DNA of 49,835 nt from Clostridiales bacterium DTU023 (GCA_001512945.1 LFTF01000018.1:1417-51251); one strand, 5' to 3'; positions 29,249 to 39,096 are shown, counted from the stretch's first letter. Notes: generated by a model not told the origin, from the sequence alone. A program made the numbers and translations.

Positions 29249-29654
29249 CGTTCGCCTCCTCGTCTTCAACGCCTGACTCGCTGTTTTCTGCCCTGCGCCT
29301 AGCGGCCGCCTCATCTTCTTCACGGACACGACGGATCAGCTGATCGATGGCCTCGCTCTCACGGAGTGTGTTGTCTTCCTCAAAAATAAGTCGCGGCACT
29401 TTGCGTGATCGGAGCTGCGAAGCCAATTCTCGCCGTAGAAAACTTCCCGCACTTTTGAATGCGTCTTTCGCATTTTCACGCGCCTCATCGTCCCCGAAAA
29501 CACTGTAATAAACGCGTGCCGTCGACAAATCATTGGTCAAACGTACGCCTGTAATGGTAACCGCGCTAGTGATTCGCGGGTCATTCAATTTTTGCGAGAT
29601 AAGGTCGGCGAGAATGCGTTTGATCTCATCTCCCATACGTTCGGATCTACGCAT
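29208..29654 (-). CDS. rbfA: Ribosome-binding factor A
   Basis: [17 protein letters not shown]...DPR...[20 protein letters not shown] is typical RbfA. It has an acidic C-terminal extension and lies immediately after infB. Confidence 0.9.
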   Translation of the reverse strand: MRRSERMGDEIKRILADLISQKLNDPRITSAVTITGVRLTNDLSTARVYYSVFGDDEARENAKDAFKSAGSFLRRELASQLRSRKVPRLIFEEDNTLRESEAIDQLIRRVREEDEAAARRRAENSESGVEDEEANDETQATRGEQPTT

Positions 29655-32600
29655 TATCCTCCACCTCTTTCATCGTATAAACTTCGACTTGATCCCCTAC
29701 CTTGATGTCATTGAAGCGCTCAAGGCTCAACCCACACTCATACCCCGCACTCACTTCACGCACATCATCTTTGAATCGGCGAAGTGACGCAAGTTTTGTT
29801 TCGTAGATGACAACGCCGTCGCGCAGAAGGCGAGCGCTATCGCTCCGATGGACACGTCCATCCGTGACATAGCAGCCGGCAATGGTGCCGACACTTGAAG
29901 CGTGGAAGACATCGCGTACTTCGAGATGACCTGTCACTACTTCACGCATGACAGGAGCCAACATACCGCGCATCGCGCGTTCCACTTCTTCAATGGCCTC
30001 GTAAATGACGCGATATAGACGAATATCCACATTCGAATCGGCAGCAACCTGGGTAGCTGTCGCTGCGGGACGCACGTTAAATCCGATGATAATAGCGTTC
30101 GCAACTTCCGCGAGACGGATGTCCGATTCTGTAATGGCTCCGACCGCTCCGTGAATAACTTTGACCCGGATCTTCTCGGTTGAGAGTTTTTCCATGGACT
30201 GTCTAACCGCTTCAACAGAGCCCTGCGCATCGGCTTTGACGATCAGATTAAGTTCAATAATTTCTTCATCACTCATCTGGACAAATAACGTATCGAGCGT
30301 CATACGAGATGATTGCAGAAGCGTTGAGTCTCTGTCTTCTGTCTTACGCTTCCCTACTAGATCGCGAGCTACTCGCTCGTTCTCTACTCGATACAAGATA
30401 TCTCCGCCTTCAGGGACACCTCCGAGACCAATAATCTCTACCGGCATAGAGGGACCAGCCTGATCAATTTGTTGCCCATGGTCGTTATAAAGCATCCGGA
30501 CACGACCGACAGTGCTTCCAACCACAACTGCGTCGCCTTGCTTTAATGTGCCGCGCTGGATCAAAACAGTTGCCAGAGGACCTCGCGTAATGTCGAGTTT
30601 GGCCTCGATGACCGTGCCTTTCGCCTGTCTTTCAGGATTTGCGCGAAGATCAAGCACATCTGCTGTAAGAAGAATCATCTCCAACAGCTCGTCCATGTTC
30701 TTCCCCGTCAGGGCAGATACAGGAACAATGGTTGTCTGACCACCCCAGTTGGAGTCCATCAGATTATATTGTGACAGCTCGCGCTTGACACGTTCTACGT
30801 CTGCCTCCGCGCGATCGATCTTATTGATGGCAACGATAATTTCGGTATTCGCTGCACGGGCATGGTTGATTGCTTCTATCGTCTGGGGCATAACGCCGTC
30901 ATCCGCGGCGACCACAAGGATTGCGATATCGGTGACTTGCGCACCGCGCGCACGCAGCGTCGTAAACGCTTCATGTCCCGGGGTATCAAGGAATGTGATC
31001 ATTTTCTCATTAACCATCACTGAATACGCGCCAATGTGTTGCGTTATACCACCCGCTTCTCCTTCTGTAACAGAGGATTTTCGGATGTAATCGAGAATAG
31101 ATGTCTTCCCGTGGTCGACGTGACCCATAACAACGACAACTGGCGGCCGCGATACAAGATCTTCGTCTTTGTCGACGCTATCATCGAATAGGATATCTTC
31201 TTCTGTAATTTCGATTAATTTCTCCGACTCGATACCAAATTCGGAAGCAATGATTTCCGCTGTTTCATAATCGATTTCTTGGTTGATGGACGCCATCATC
31301 CCAAGCCCCATCAACTTCATGATAACGTCGGTTGTCGTTTTCTTCATCGCTTCAGCGAGATCTTTGACAGTCAAACGCTCCGGCAATGTCACGTTGGTAA
31401 GCTGGGCAACTGGGCGTTTAACCTGACTGGTTTGCTGTTCAGAATCCCTCGATCTCCGCCTCGACCCACGCGCCATCGGCACTGGTTCTTGCTGACGGCG
31501 TACATTGCGGTCGCGAGATGCATCAGCACGTTGCCTGTCACGACCTTTTTGATTGCGTCTGGCAAGGCTGCTCGGACGTGCGTTTGTATCTACAGGCTCA
31601 GCCGCGGGAGCTATGGGAGGCTGTGACGGACGAGGTCCTCTCGAAGGCGATGATTGAGGTCTGCCACCGTAGCCCGATGAACGATCCTGCGCTCCAGCTG
31701 TCGGCGGTCTGCTACCGTATGGCGATGAGCGCTCCTGCGGACCACCTTGTGGCCGCCTGTCATCGCGCGGACGCTGGCTGCGTTCCGCTGCGGGCACGCT
31801 GTCACGGCCGCTTCCCACATAATTGCCTCGTTGCGCGCGAAGCGGACTTCCATCTTGTGTGGTTAGAGGCTGACGCTTCTCCGGAACTGGCAAAACAGCA
31901 GGCTCCGGTCTTGTCGCTCGCTCGCCAATAGGCAGCGAACGCTCCGCAAGACTCAAATCATCGCGGCTAAGAGGGCGTTTCTCAACAGGTTTTCTTTGTG
32001 GTTCAATTTTCGCAACGGGTGCTTTTTTGCTGACAGGTTGATCCACGACAGGTTGAACAGGTTTTGGTTGGGGTTTTATCTTAACAGGTTCCGCCACAAC
32101 ACTTTCAGCAGGTTTTGACTGAGGCTTTATCTTAACAGGCTCCTCCACAATGCGTTCAACAGTTGCTGGTCCCGGTTTAGCCTTTACGGGCTCTTCCGCA
32201 ATCACTTTAACTGGTTTTTTCTCTGTTTTTGGCACTTTAACTACGGGGATTTCAGTCACGGGCTCAGCCTTCGCGACAAATTCCACCTCTGGTTCAGTTT
32301 TTGCCACAGCCTTTACAGGCTTCTCATCCAACTTCTTCGGCAATTCAGCAACCTTCTTTGCCTCGGGCGCAAGTTCGATTTCGGGAACACGACTTGCCTC
32401 CGCGACTGTGGGAACAGGTGCTACTATTTCTACTGGAACAACGGGGAGCGCTTCAGGCTTTTCAACCTCAAGCGGGGGCACCTCTACAGGTTTCGCTTTC
32501 GGCTTCTTGATAATCTTAATGAAGCCGGGGATAATTTTCCCTGAAATCCCTTGAATATCAATTGTCGAAGAACCAGGAATATCCTTTATCTCTCCGTCAT

Positions 32601-32769
32601 GCAATGAAGCTTCCGGACCCGGTAGTTCTTCCAAGGTTTCTTTGACAGGAGGTATTTCAGCATCCAGAATCGTTTCTTGCGCATCTTGTTCTTTGCGCTG
32701 TCGCAACGCTTCTTCTTCAGTAATAAATCCTGACATGAGCCCCGAATTTGCTTCTTCTCTTCTAGCCAT
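29647..32769 (-). CDS. infB: Translation initiation factor IF-2 (long repetitive N-terminal region)
   Basis: GTPase domain ([25 protein letters not shown]) and conserved C-terminal domains. About 470 aa of low-complexity N-terminal sequence. Confidence 0.96.
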   Translation of the reverse strand: MARREEANSGLMSGFITEEEALRQRKEQDAQETILDAEIPPVKETLEELPGPEASLHDGEIKDIPGSSTIDIQGISGKIIPGFIKIIKKPKAKPVEVPPLEVEKPEALPVVPVEIVAPVPTVAEASRVPEIELAPEAKKVAELPKKLDEKPVKAVAKTEPEVEFVAKAEPVTEIPVVKVPKTEKKPVKVIAEEPVKAKPGPATVERIVEEPVKIKPQSKPAESVVAEPVKIKPQPKPVQPVVDQPVSKKAPVAKIEPQRKPVEKRPLSRDDLSLAERSLPIGERATRPEPAVLPVPEKRQPLTTQDGSPLRAQRGNYVGSGRDSVPAAERSQRPRDDRRPQGGPQERSSPYGSRPPTAGAQDRSSGYGGRPQSSPSRGPRPSQPPIAPAAEPVDTNARPSSLARRNQKGRDRQRADASRDRNVRRQQEPVPMARGSRRRSRDSEQQTSQVKRPVAQLTNVTLPERLTVKDLAEAMKKTTTDVIMKLMGLGMMASINQEIDYETAEIIASEFGIESEKLIEITEEDILFDDSVDKDEDLVSRPPVVVVMGHVDHGKTSILDYIRKSSVTEGEAGGITQHIGAYSVMVNEKMITFLDTPGHEAFTTLRARGAQVTDIAILVVAADDGVMPQTIEAINHARAANTEIIVAINKIDRAEADVERVKRELSQYNLMDSNWGGQTTIVPVSALTGKNMDELLEMILLTADVLDLRANPERQAKGTVIEAKLDITRGPLATVLIQRGTLKQGDAVVVGSTVGRVRMLYNDHGQQIDQAGPSMPVEIIGLGGVPEGGDILYRVENERVARDLVGKRKTEDRDSTLLQSSRMTLDTLFVQMSDEEIIELNLIVKADAQGSVEAVRQSMEKLSTEKIRVKVIHGAVGAITESDIRLAEVANAIIIGFNVRPAATATQVAADSNVDIRLYRVIYEAIEEVERAMRGMLAPVMREVVTGHLEVRDVFHASSVGTIAGCYVTDGRVHRSDSARLLRDGVVIYETKLASLRRFKDDVREVSAGYECGLSLERFNDIKVGDQVEVYTMKEVEDNA

Positions 32770-32776
32770 ACTCAGC

Positions 32777-33157
32777 TCACTCCCGTTTATCCGCAGACAA
32801 CTCCCCTTCAGGGAGTCCGTCTGCTGCTCTTGCTTCCTTGATCAGTTCGCAAGTAAAATTTTTATTCTCTGTCGGGCAATCTGCAATCGCCCGATTAATA
32901 TCAATCCAAATGTCTGCCGGCAACGAATGCTTTAACGCCCGTTGCAGCGAATGTCTTTTTTTAGCGATTTCGACACACTCATTTCGAAAACAAATATACG
33001 CGCCGCGTCCCTGCATTGTCTGCGCGACGTCAACGGCTGACTCTCCCGCAGCTGAAACCGCGATTCGAAGCAACTGTTTTTGCGGGAATTCCGCCCGGCA
33101 TCCGGCACATGTACGTATTGGTTGTTTTAGCAATCGCCTACACTCCTGCGTCATCAA
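32777..33157 (-). CDS. ylxR: YlxR/RnpM-family RNA-binding protein (DUF448)
   Basis: [21 protein letters not shown]...GRGAYIC motif and a position between nusA and infB. No L7Ae-type ylxQ follows. Confidence 0.8.
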   Translation of the reverse strand: MMTQECRRLLKQPIRTCAGCRAEFPQKQLLRIAVSAAGESAVDVAQTMQGRGAYICFRNECVEIAKKRHSLQRALKHSLPADIWIDINRAIADCPTENKNFTCELIKEARAADGLPEGELSADKRE

Positions 33158-34487
33158 CGGACGGTTCTTCTACGTCGAGAGACTCGATCGTATTTTGCAG
33201 CCTATCGAGATAATCAGCCGAGGACTCCTCTGCAGGGATCTGTACCTGCGGGAGTTCTTGCTCATCATCCCAGGCATCTGCTTCATCGTCGTCCCATGTT
33301 CCGCGCTCAGCTTCATCGGCAGCAACCGCTTCATCGAAATCGGGCATCCAACTCGCCTCCAGCATCTCGCGATACTGTGTCTCGCTTCGGATATCAATCC
33401 TCCAGTCAGTCAACTTGGCTGCCAGACGAGCATTCTGTCCTTCCTTGCCGATGGCAAGCGATAATTGATGATCTGCCACGATCACTCGGGCACTCTGCTC
33501 CTCCTCGTTGAGGACAACACGTATCACGCGCGCCGGCGACAGAGAGCTGCTAATGAATTCCTTGATGTCGGGATTCCATTGAATGATATCGATTTTTTCA
33601 CCGTTCAGTTCGGTAATTACTGACTGAACGCGCGTTCCGCGCTGACCAACACACGCGCCAACCGCGTCAATATTTGAATCATGGCTTGTCACCGCCATTT
33701 TCGTCCTTGAGCCAGCCTCACGGGCGATATTGACTATTTCTACGATCCCGGCGCCAATCTCAGGCACTTCTTGTTCGAACAATCGTCGTACAAGTCCCGG
33801 ATGGCTTCTGGAAATCATAATAATCGGCCGGTGATCGCGTTGATCGACCTTTAGAATGTAGAAGCGCATATGCTTCTTAAACGTGTAGTTGTCGAGCCGC
33901 GACTGCTGATTATAAGGCAAAACGGCTTGCGCGCGGCCAATATCGACTAGGACTTCGTTGCGGTCACGGCGTTGCACAACACCGCTCGCAAGACCTCCGA
34001 CACGTCCGGAAAATTCTTCTTGGATACGCAATTTTTCGGCCTGGGCAAGCTTCTGATTGATAACGCTCTTGGCCGTCTGCGCGGCCAATCGCCCAAAATG
34101 TGCCGGATCAACTTCGCGTACCAGCTGGTCGCCAAGTTCCAGATCTTCTGAAAGCGCTTGCGCCTGTTCCAGCGATAGTTCACTGTTGGGGTCACGAACT
34201 TCTTCAACAATCGTCATTGGCTGGTAGACTCGCATCTCGCCTGTGCGGCGATCAATATGTGCCGTAATCCCATCATTTTCTATAGGTTTGGGCTCACTTT
34301 CCTCCTCTTGCGTTGCGGGGGGAATATCGTCATGCTCACGGACCCTGTCTCTGTCCTTGGATCGGATCTCGAATTCACGGCGGTACGCCGCAACAAGGGA
34401 GTCCTCGATTGCTTCGATGAGCGTCTCAAGTTCAATCCCTCGTTCTTTTTCCAAGAGTCTCATGGCTTCTATAAATTCGTGGTTCAT
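33138..34487 (-). CDS. nusA: Transcription termination/antitermination factor NusA
   Basis: N-terminal domain MNHEFIEAMRLLEKERGI, S1 (GGLASGVVQRRDRNEVLVDIG), and two KH domains (GACVGQRGTRVQ; IGKEGQNARLAAKLT), with an acidic C-terminal tail. Start at ATG 34487 (AAGGAG 5 nt upstream). Confidence 0.95.
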   Translation of the reverse strand: MNHEFIEAMRLLEKERGIELETLIEAIEDSLVAAYRREFEIRSKDRDRVREHDDIPPATQEEESEPKPIENDGITAHIDRRTGEMRVYQPMTIVEEVRDPNSELSLEQAQALSEDLELGDQLVREVDPAHFGRLAAQTAKSVINQKLAQAEKLRIQEEFSGRVGGLASGVVQRRDRNEVLVDIGRAQAVLPYNQQSRLDNYTFKKHMRFYILKVDQRDHRPIIMISRSHPGLVRRLFEQEVPEIGAGIVEIVNIAREAGSRTKMAVTSHDSNIDAVGACVGQRGTRVQSVITELNGEKIDIIQWNPDIKEFISSSLSPARVIRVVLNEEEQSARVIVADHQLSLAIGKEGQNARLAAKLTDWRIDIRSETQYREMLEASWMPDFDEAVAADEAERGTWDDDEADAWDDEQELPQVQIPAEESSADYLDRLQNTIESLDVEEPSVDDAGV

Positions 34488-34541
34488 GTTACTCCTTAAC
34501 AAGCCTCGCTATAAAAATGTGCGTCAAACGGCATCCTATCC

Positions 34542-35006
34542 TTAAAAAACAATTTCGCGTTTTACTTGAGCGATATCATCCCAGGAAAATAACATACGAT
34601 CTCCTGATTCCGTAATAACGCCCACAGTTTCATTTTCGACAACCAGTGAACCATAAAAACGTTTCACCCCGTCAATTCCACGGTACAAACTTATCCGTGC
34701 CCATTCACCTTCATGGCGAATGCAATCTTCAACCGTATTCAAGGGACGATCAAGACCGGGCGATGACACCTCAAACACGTCGAAGTCTTCAAACCCCAAC
34801 CCATCTGAAATCAACAGATCTGCTTTTTCACTCACGAGCTCACAATCCCCGATCCCAATGCCGCCTTTTTTATCTATAATCAGGCGCAATACTGTGCGTC
34901 CTCCCTCGTGGACATAGAGCACATCAAGTAAGGCAAGTCCATACGACTCTGCCACCGGAGCGATCAGCTCCATAATAACTTTTCTGTTTTCTTTGATCCC
35001 GCTCAT
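34542..35006 (-). CDS. rimP: Ribosome maturation factor RimP
   Basis: First gene of the nusA-infB operon. It has the typical RimP size and the LEVSSPGLDRPL-type motif (FEVSSPGLDRPL). Confidence 0.88.
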   Translation of the reverse strand: MSGIKENRKVIMELIAPVAESYGLALLDVLYVHEGGRTVLRLIIDKKGGIGIGDCELVSEKADLLISDGLGFEDFDVFEVSSPGLDRPLNTVEDCIRHEGEWARISLYRGIDGVKRFYGSLVVENETVGVITESGDRMLFSWDDIAQVKREIVF

Positions 35007-35041
35007 AAGAGGTAACCTCGATACCTAAAGTGCCCTACATC

Positions 35042-35069
35042 GAAAAGAGCGGGACTTCCCGCTCTTTTT
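35042..35069 (-). terminator. Promoter-proximal intrinsic terminator/attenuator in the rimP-nusA-infB leader
   Basis: Minus-strand AGAGCGGG-AAGU-CCCGCUCU forms an 8-bp stem followed by UUU. It lies 36 nt upstream of the rimP ATG and downstream of the consensus promoter at 35093-35120. A-tract and T-tract flanks make it potentially bidirectional. Confidence 0.55.
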
Positions 35070-35092
35070 GTGCAAAATTCGCCGTGAGTTCT

Positions 35093-35120
35093 ATTATATC
35101 AGGTTTTCGCATACGGTCAA
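35093..35120 (-). promoter_or_regulatory. Sigma-A-type promoter of the rimP-nusA-infB operon
   Basis: Minus strand reads cTTGACCgtatgcgaaaaccTGaTATAATag. That gives a -35 TTGACC, a 16-nt spacer, a perfect -10 TATAAT and a TGn extension. Confidence 0.65.
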
Positions 35121-35236
35121 GCTATGGAGACACTTAAACATCACTGCCAAATCAGATGCTGCACAAGATGAAATAACCTATTGCGATAACAATCATACCA
35201 CTCGATAAAGTCGTCGATGTTATCTCCGCTTTATTA

Positions 35237-35313
35237 TGGTGCACCATGACGGATTCGAACCGGCGGCCTTTCGCTTAGGAGGCGAATGCTCTATCCTGCT
35301 GAGCTAATGGTGC
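35237..35313 (-). tRNA. tRNA-Arg (anticodon CCT), CCA encoded
   Basis: Hand-folded sequence: GCACCAT-TA-GCTC-AGCAGGATA-GAGC-A-TTCGC-CTCCTAA-GCGAA-AGGCC-GCCGG-TTCGAAT-CCGTC-ATGGTGC-ACCA. The acceptor and anticodon stems are perfect. U33 and the T-loop TTCGAAT are present. There is one C-U mismatch in the T stem. Confidence 0.88.
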
Positions 35314-35346
35314 ATGAAGAGGATCAACAGCCTACGACAGTATAAC

Positions 35347-35380
35347 AAAAAAAACGGTCCCGGCAGATTGCCGGGACCGT
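35347..35380 (-). terminator. Rho-independent terminator after the uracil permease gene
   Basis: Minus-strand ACGGUCCCGGCA-AUC-UGCCGGGACCGU forms a perfect 12-bp stem followed by eight U. It lies 43 nt downstream of the permease stop. Confidence 0.85.
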
Positions 35381-35422
35381 TTGTTCGTTAAAAGATCAAA
35401 AGATCAGGTTATTAGCCTTCTC

Positions 35423-36772
35423 TTACTCTTCTTCAACCGGAGCTTCTTCGCCTACTTCATCCATAGAGAACACATAGTCTTTACCAGGAAGGATCGCGTT
35501 GACGATTATGCCGGCTAGCGCCGCAATGGCGAGACCGGACAATTGCACGGGCGCGTCACCGATCATGAATTTAAGGCCGCCAACGGCTTCAAATCCAAGT
35601 CCGGAAACAAGCGTGACTGCGACAATAATCAAGTTGCGCGTCTTCGTCAAGTCGACCCGATTTTCAACCATGTTGCGGACGCCAATGGCAGCAATCATCC
35701 CGTATAGGACGAACGACACACCACCGATGACAACACCAGGAATCGAGCCAATGAATCCGCCCACGATGGGGAAGAAACTTGCGATAATTGCCATGACCGC
35801 GGCAATTTGCATGACCCTTGGGTCGTAGACACGTGTCAGCACGAGAACACCTGTGTTCTCTCCGTACGTTGTGTTGGCAGGGCCACCAAAGGCTGACGCA
35901 AGGCTGGTCGCTATACCGTCACCAAGAAGTGTTCTGTGGAGACCGGGTTTGGCGATCAAGTTCTTGCCAATAGTCGCGCCGATGGCTGACACGTCGCCGA
36001 CGTGCTCCATCATAGTCGCGAGTGCGATAGGCACAATCGTTATGATCGCGCTCCCGTTAAATTTCATGAACCGATCCGCCGAGAGAGGCAGAGCGACAAC
36101 GCCGCCTGATGCCAATCCTGCGAAATCAACGACACCGAAGATAACCGCGACCACATAGCCGACAATGATTCCCAATAAGATGGGAATGATTTTCATCATG
36201 CCTTTGCCCCAGATATTGCAAACAACAATCGTCACAATCGCAGAGAGCGCAATCAGCCAGTTAACACCGAGCGGCAAAACACCTTTGGCCGTTTCGATTG
36301 GGCCCATGATGCTGCTGATAGCGACCGGGGCCAATATAAGACCGATGCAGACAATGATTGGACCTGTCACGACAGGTGGGAAGAAGCGCATAACGCGCTG
36401 GGGTCCGACAACCTTAATCAGACCTGCGAGAACCACATATACGAGACCGGCTACAAACACACCGCCGCAGGCGTACGGAAGCAGTTCCGGTTCTCCATTC
36501 GGGGCAATCGCCTGGTAACCTGCGATAAAGGCAAATGATGAGCCTAGGAAAGCAGGTACCTTACCTCCTGTGATTACGTGGAATAGTAGTGTACCAATAC
36601 CAGCCATCAAGAGTGCCGTCGAGACATTCAATCCGGTGATTATAGGAACAAGGATGGTGGCGCCAAACATAGCAAATAAATGCTGGACACCCAACACGAG
36701 AGTTTTTGGAACTCCCAGCTCTTTGACGTCATAGATGGGCTCGACGCCCAACTTAGATTTCTCTTTAGTCAT
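35423..36772 (-). CDS. uraA: Uracil permease (NCS2/NAT family, UraA/PyrP type)
   Basis: Close resemblance to remembered E. coli UraA signatures: LGVQHLFAMFGATILVP, FLGSSFAF, MEHVGD and NTTYGENTGVL. Start at ATG 36772 (GGAG 8 nt upstream) rather than 36805. Confidence 0.88.
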   Translation of the reverse strand: MTKEKSKLGVEPIYDVKELGVPKTLVLGVQHLFAMFGATILVPIITGLNVSTALLMAGIGTLLFHVITGGKVPAFLGSSFAFIAGYQAIAPNGEPELLPYACGGVFVAGLVYVVLAGLIKVVGPQRVMRFFPPVVTGPIIVCIGLILAPVAISSIMGPIETAKGVLPLGVNWLIALSAIVTIVVCNIWGKGMMKIIPILLGIIVGYVVAVIFGVVDFAGLASGGVVALPLSADRFMKFNGSAIITIVPIALATMMEHVGDVSAIGATIGKNLIAKPGLHRTLLGDGIATSLASAFGGPANTTYGENTGVLVLTRVYDPRVMQIAAVMAIIASFFPIVGGFIGSIPGVVIGGVSFVLYGMIAAIGVRNMVENRVDLTKTRNLIIVAVTLVSGLGFEAVGGLKFMIGDAPVQLSGLAIAALAGIIVNAILPGKDYVFSMDEVGEEAPVEEE

Positions 36773-37113
36773 TCGTTCATCTCCTCTCATAACAAGATTT
36801 CCCAAGCGTTGCGCAGTTGCCTCCGCTTCATATCAGAGACAGCCACCGCTGACGGGTACTTATTAATTACACAAATCGTACCACAAGTAACAGTTGATTG
36901 CATTAGCAGTTTCTACAGGATCAAGCCGGTAAGACGTTTGATTTCATCTCGAACATGCCCTATATGAGGGGTAATTGTTCATTCTATTTGGTGATTTGAC
37001 ACAACATTTAACAAAATCAAACGCAAATCTACGTTTTTATATTGTAAAAGACAATCACCGATCATATCGAATTAACCATGGCGCCCTTGCAAAAATTAAC
37101 TCCAACCCCACTC

Positions 37114-38052
37114 TCACCAAAAGCCGAACGATCGCAGGACCACAATAAAGATATGCAGCGTGAAAAGAGAAACAAACGAAGTAACGGCGACAATTTGAGC
37201 AGCAAGCTCACCGTCACCGCCAAGTTCAAATGCCATCGCGGGAAGCGGAGTCGCGACCGGACCGCCGAACGCGACAAGCAATGAGATTAGCGTAATATCG
37301 CGAAACCCAAAAAGAATGGCCAGAGGTACTAACAAAATCGGAACAATGAGCAGGCGGACTGTCGTGGCAATTGAGATCCATAACTTATTGGCTTTCAAAC
37401 CCAGGAATGTCAGAGAAGATCCGGCAACGATCAACGACAGAGGCTTCGCGGCCTCAGAGATTTGCTCGAGAGGACGATAAAGAATATCCGGAAGTGGGAC
37501 ACGTGTCAGTTGGAAAAACATCGCAAAAGAAACGGCGATGACAATCGGATTCTTGAGAACACTAAGCAAAATGGAACCCACATTTGGTTTTGTCCCCTTC
37601 ATCATCTCAAAAATGATGACGCTCAAAATATTGAATAGAGGAACCACTACTGCGATTAGGATACTAGCGGGACCTATTTTGTCGGCTCCAAAAAGAAGTG
37701 TTCCATAAATAATCCCCAATAAACCAAAATTAGTCCGGTAGGCGCATTGCGCGACAACAGACGCGACAGGACGCGATGGAATTTTTTTCGCGGCGACTAT
37801 GACCCCGACGCCCGCCAGCACCAAGACACATACCACAGAAAATAGTATTGCTTTGAGATCGATCGCTTCGGCAAGATTCGTATTGTATACGCTGACAAAT
37901 AAGGAGACCGATATAAAAACTACAAAAACAATCCTGTTAAGCGGCTGTTCGATTGATTTTGGGATGATCTTTGTTTTGCCAAGCAATGCGCCGGCAAGAA
38001 TAAAAAAATAAAGTGGGAAAAGACTCTCAAGTGTCTCTAGCAAAACAGCCAT
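37114..38052 (-). CDS. AEC-family (auxin efflux carrier / malate-malonate permease type) membrane transporter
   Basis: About 310 aa with ~10 TM helices. The N-terminus LFPLYFFILAGALLGKTKII is typical of the Mem_trans/AEC family. Confidence 0.75.
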   Translation of the reverse strand: MAVLLETLESLFPLYFFILAGALLGKTKIIPKSIEQPLNRIVFVVFISVSLFVSVYNTNLAEAIDLKAILFSVVCVLVLAGVGVIVAAKKIPSRPVASVVAQCAYRTNFGLLGIIYGTLLFGADKIGPASILIAVVVPLFNILSVIIFEMMKGTKPNVGSILLSVLKNPIVIAVSFAMFFQLTRVPLPDILYRPLEQISEAAKPLSLIVAGSSLTFLGLKANKLWISIATTVRLLIVPILLVPLAILFGFRDITLISLLVAFGGPVATPLPAMAFELGGDGELAAQIVAVTSFVSLFTLHIFIVVLRSFGFW

Positions 38053-38075
38053 GTACTGAGCCCCGAATCATTTTC

Positions 38076-38114
38076 AAAAACCCCCCGAAGCCGGTCAAAC
38101 CGACTTTCAGGGGG
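38076..38114 (-). terminator. Intrinsic terminator-like hairpin after the cyclase gene, only 24 nt upstream of the AEC start
   Basis: Minus-strand CCCCCUGAA...UUCGGGGGG forms a 9-bp outer stem including one G-U, with an inner CGGU/ACCG helix, followed by UUUUU. Confidence 0.6.
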
Positions 38115-38180
38115 TCTGGTTTACGTAAGAAAAACAATCAGCGTCCGTTCGGCGATATGCCTGGCGAGCGCTGACCAAAA

Positions 38181-38978
38181 TTAATCCTCTTCGTCAAACG
38201 CTACGCAGCGGCAGAACGCAGACTCACCATACTGGAACTTCCAGGGGAATGTTCCGAGGATGAGGCGCTTGTTCAGCACTTTGTCAATCTCACCGCCAAT
38301 ATTCTCGACGTGAATGATTTCCCAAGGTTTCGGGAAAACTTCAATGTGCATGGCCTGGTATGTATCGGGCCATTTGTAGATCTCATTCAGCCCTTTGCCG
38401 TATTTCTCCTTCAAGTAAGCGTCGCAGCGCTCAGCTTCTTGAGGTTCCCAGTCGCGGATCTTCGTGTTCATCGGGTGGTCGGCGGAACCGCAATCGACCG
38501 CGATGTACTTGATCTCCATCTCTTTCATCCAGTCAGGGAAATCCATCGACGGACCGGGATGGCGTAGCATGTAGCGCCGCTCATCGGCCTCCGGTTGGTC
38601 AAATCCATACTTATGGTAGCCCGTATTGATGAAGATGATGTCACCTTTTTTTACTTCAACGCGGTCCATGATGTCCTGCGGCGTGTAGATCGACCAGTCC
38701 TCCGCGATATCAGAGATATCGACGACGACGCCAGGTCCAACTAGTTTATCCATCTCGAGCGAAGCGATATCGCGACCAGATGTGTCAAAATGCAACGGGC
38801 CGTCAAGGTGAGTTCCCACGTGATTTGAGGTTGTTATGAGCATGCCGTTCGCGCCGTTCGGCGAGAGGCGCTTGAAAAATTTGACTTGCAATGGCTCGTA
38901 AGTCGGCCACGGCGGGGTCAAATGGCTTGTGTTCTGTGTAAGGTCGTAAACCTTCATTTTGTCCCAGTTTTTAATCAT
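38181..38978 (-). CDS. Cyclase-family metal-dependent amidohydrolase (kynurenine formamidase / isatin hydrolase-like)
   Basis: Family signature HxGTHxDxPxH is present as NHVGTHLDGPLHF, with downstream His/Asp/Glu ligand candidates (GSADHP, HIE). GGAGGG RBS. Confidence 0.82.
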   Translation of the reverse strand: MIKNWDKMKVYDLTQNTSHLTPPWPTYEPLQVKFFKRLSPNGANGMLITTSNHVGTHLDGPLHFDTSGRDIASLEMDKLVGPGVVVDISDIAEDWSIYTPQDIMDRVEVKKGDIIFINTGYHKYGFDQPEADERRYMLRHPGPSMDFPDWMKEMEIKYIAVDCGSADHPMNTKIRDWEPQEAERCDAYLKEKYGKGLNEIYKWPDTYQAMHIEVFPKPWEIIHVENIGGEIDKVLNKRLILGTFPWKFQYGESAFCRCVAFDEED

Positions 38979-39056
38979 GATTTCCCTCCATTTTTTTCTG
39001 ATTTATTCCATTGTATTCAGAGTCCGGTTTAACGGACAAAACTGACAGTTTATTCA

Positions 39057-39079
39057 TAGCCGTCCGTATTGGACGGCTA
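39057..39079 (-). promoter_or_regulatory. Perfect 9-bp stem-loop between the DUF1116 gene and the cyclase gene
   Basis: Minus-strand UAGCCGUCC-AAUAC-GGACGGCUA. No U tract follows. It may be an RNA stability/processing element or a weak terminator. Confidence 0.4.
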
Positions 39080-39096
39080 ATATCTATTATAGCGCA

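Noticed and set aside
32838-33464. 208-aa plus-strand ORF spanning ylxR and the nusA 3' end
   Set aside because: It is antisense to two conserved genes, is Cys/Arg-rich and has no RBS.
36806-36990. Possible purine riboswitch or PyrR attenuator upstream of uraA (CCUCAUAUAGGGCAUG... resembles a P1 start)
   Set aside because: The conserved loop and junction sequences of the purine riboswitch, and the PyrR binding loop, are absent, and no matching P1 closing strand lies at the right distance. The stretch is kept only as an unexplained long leader.
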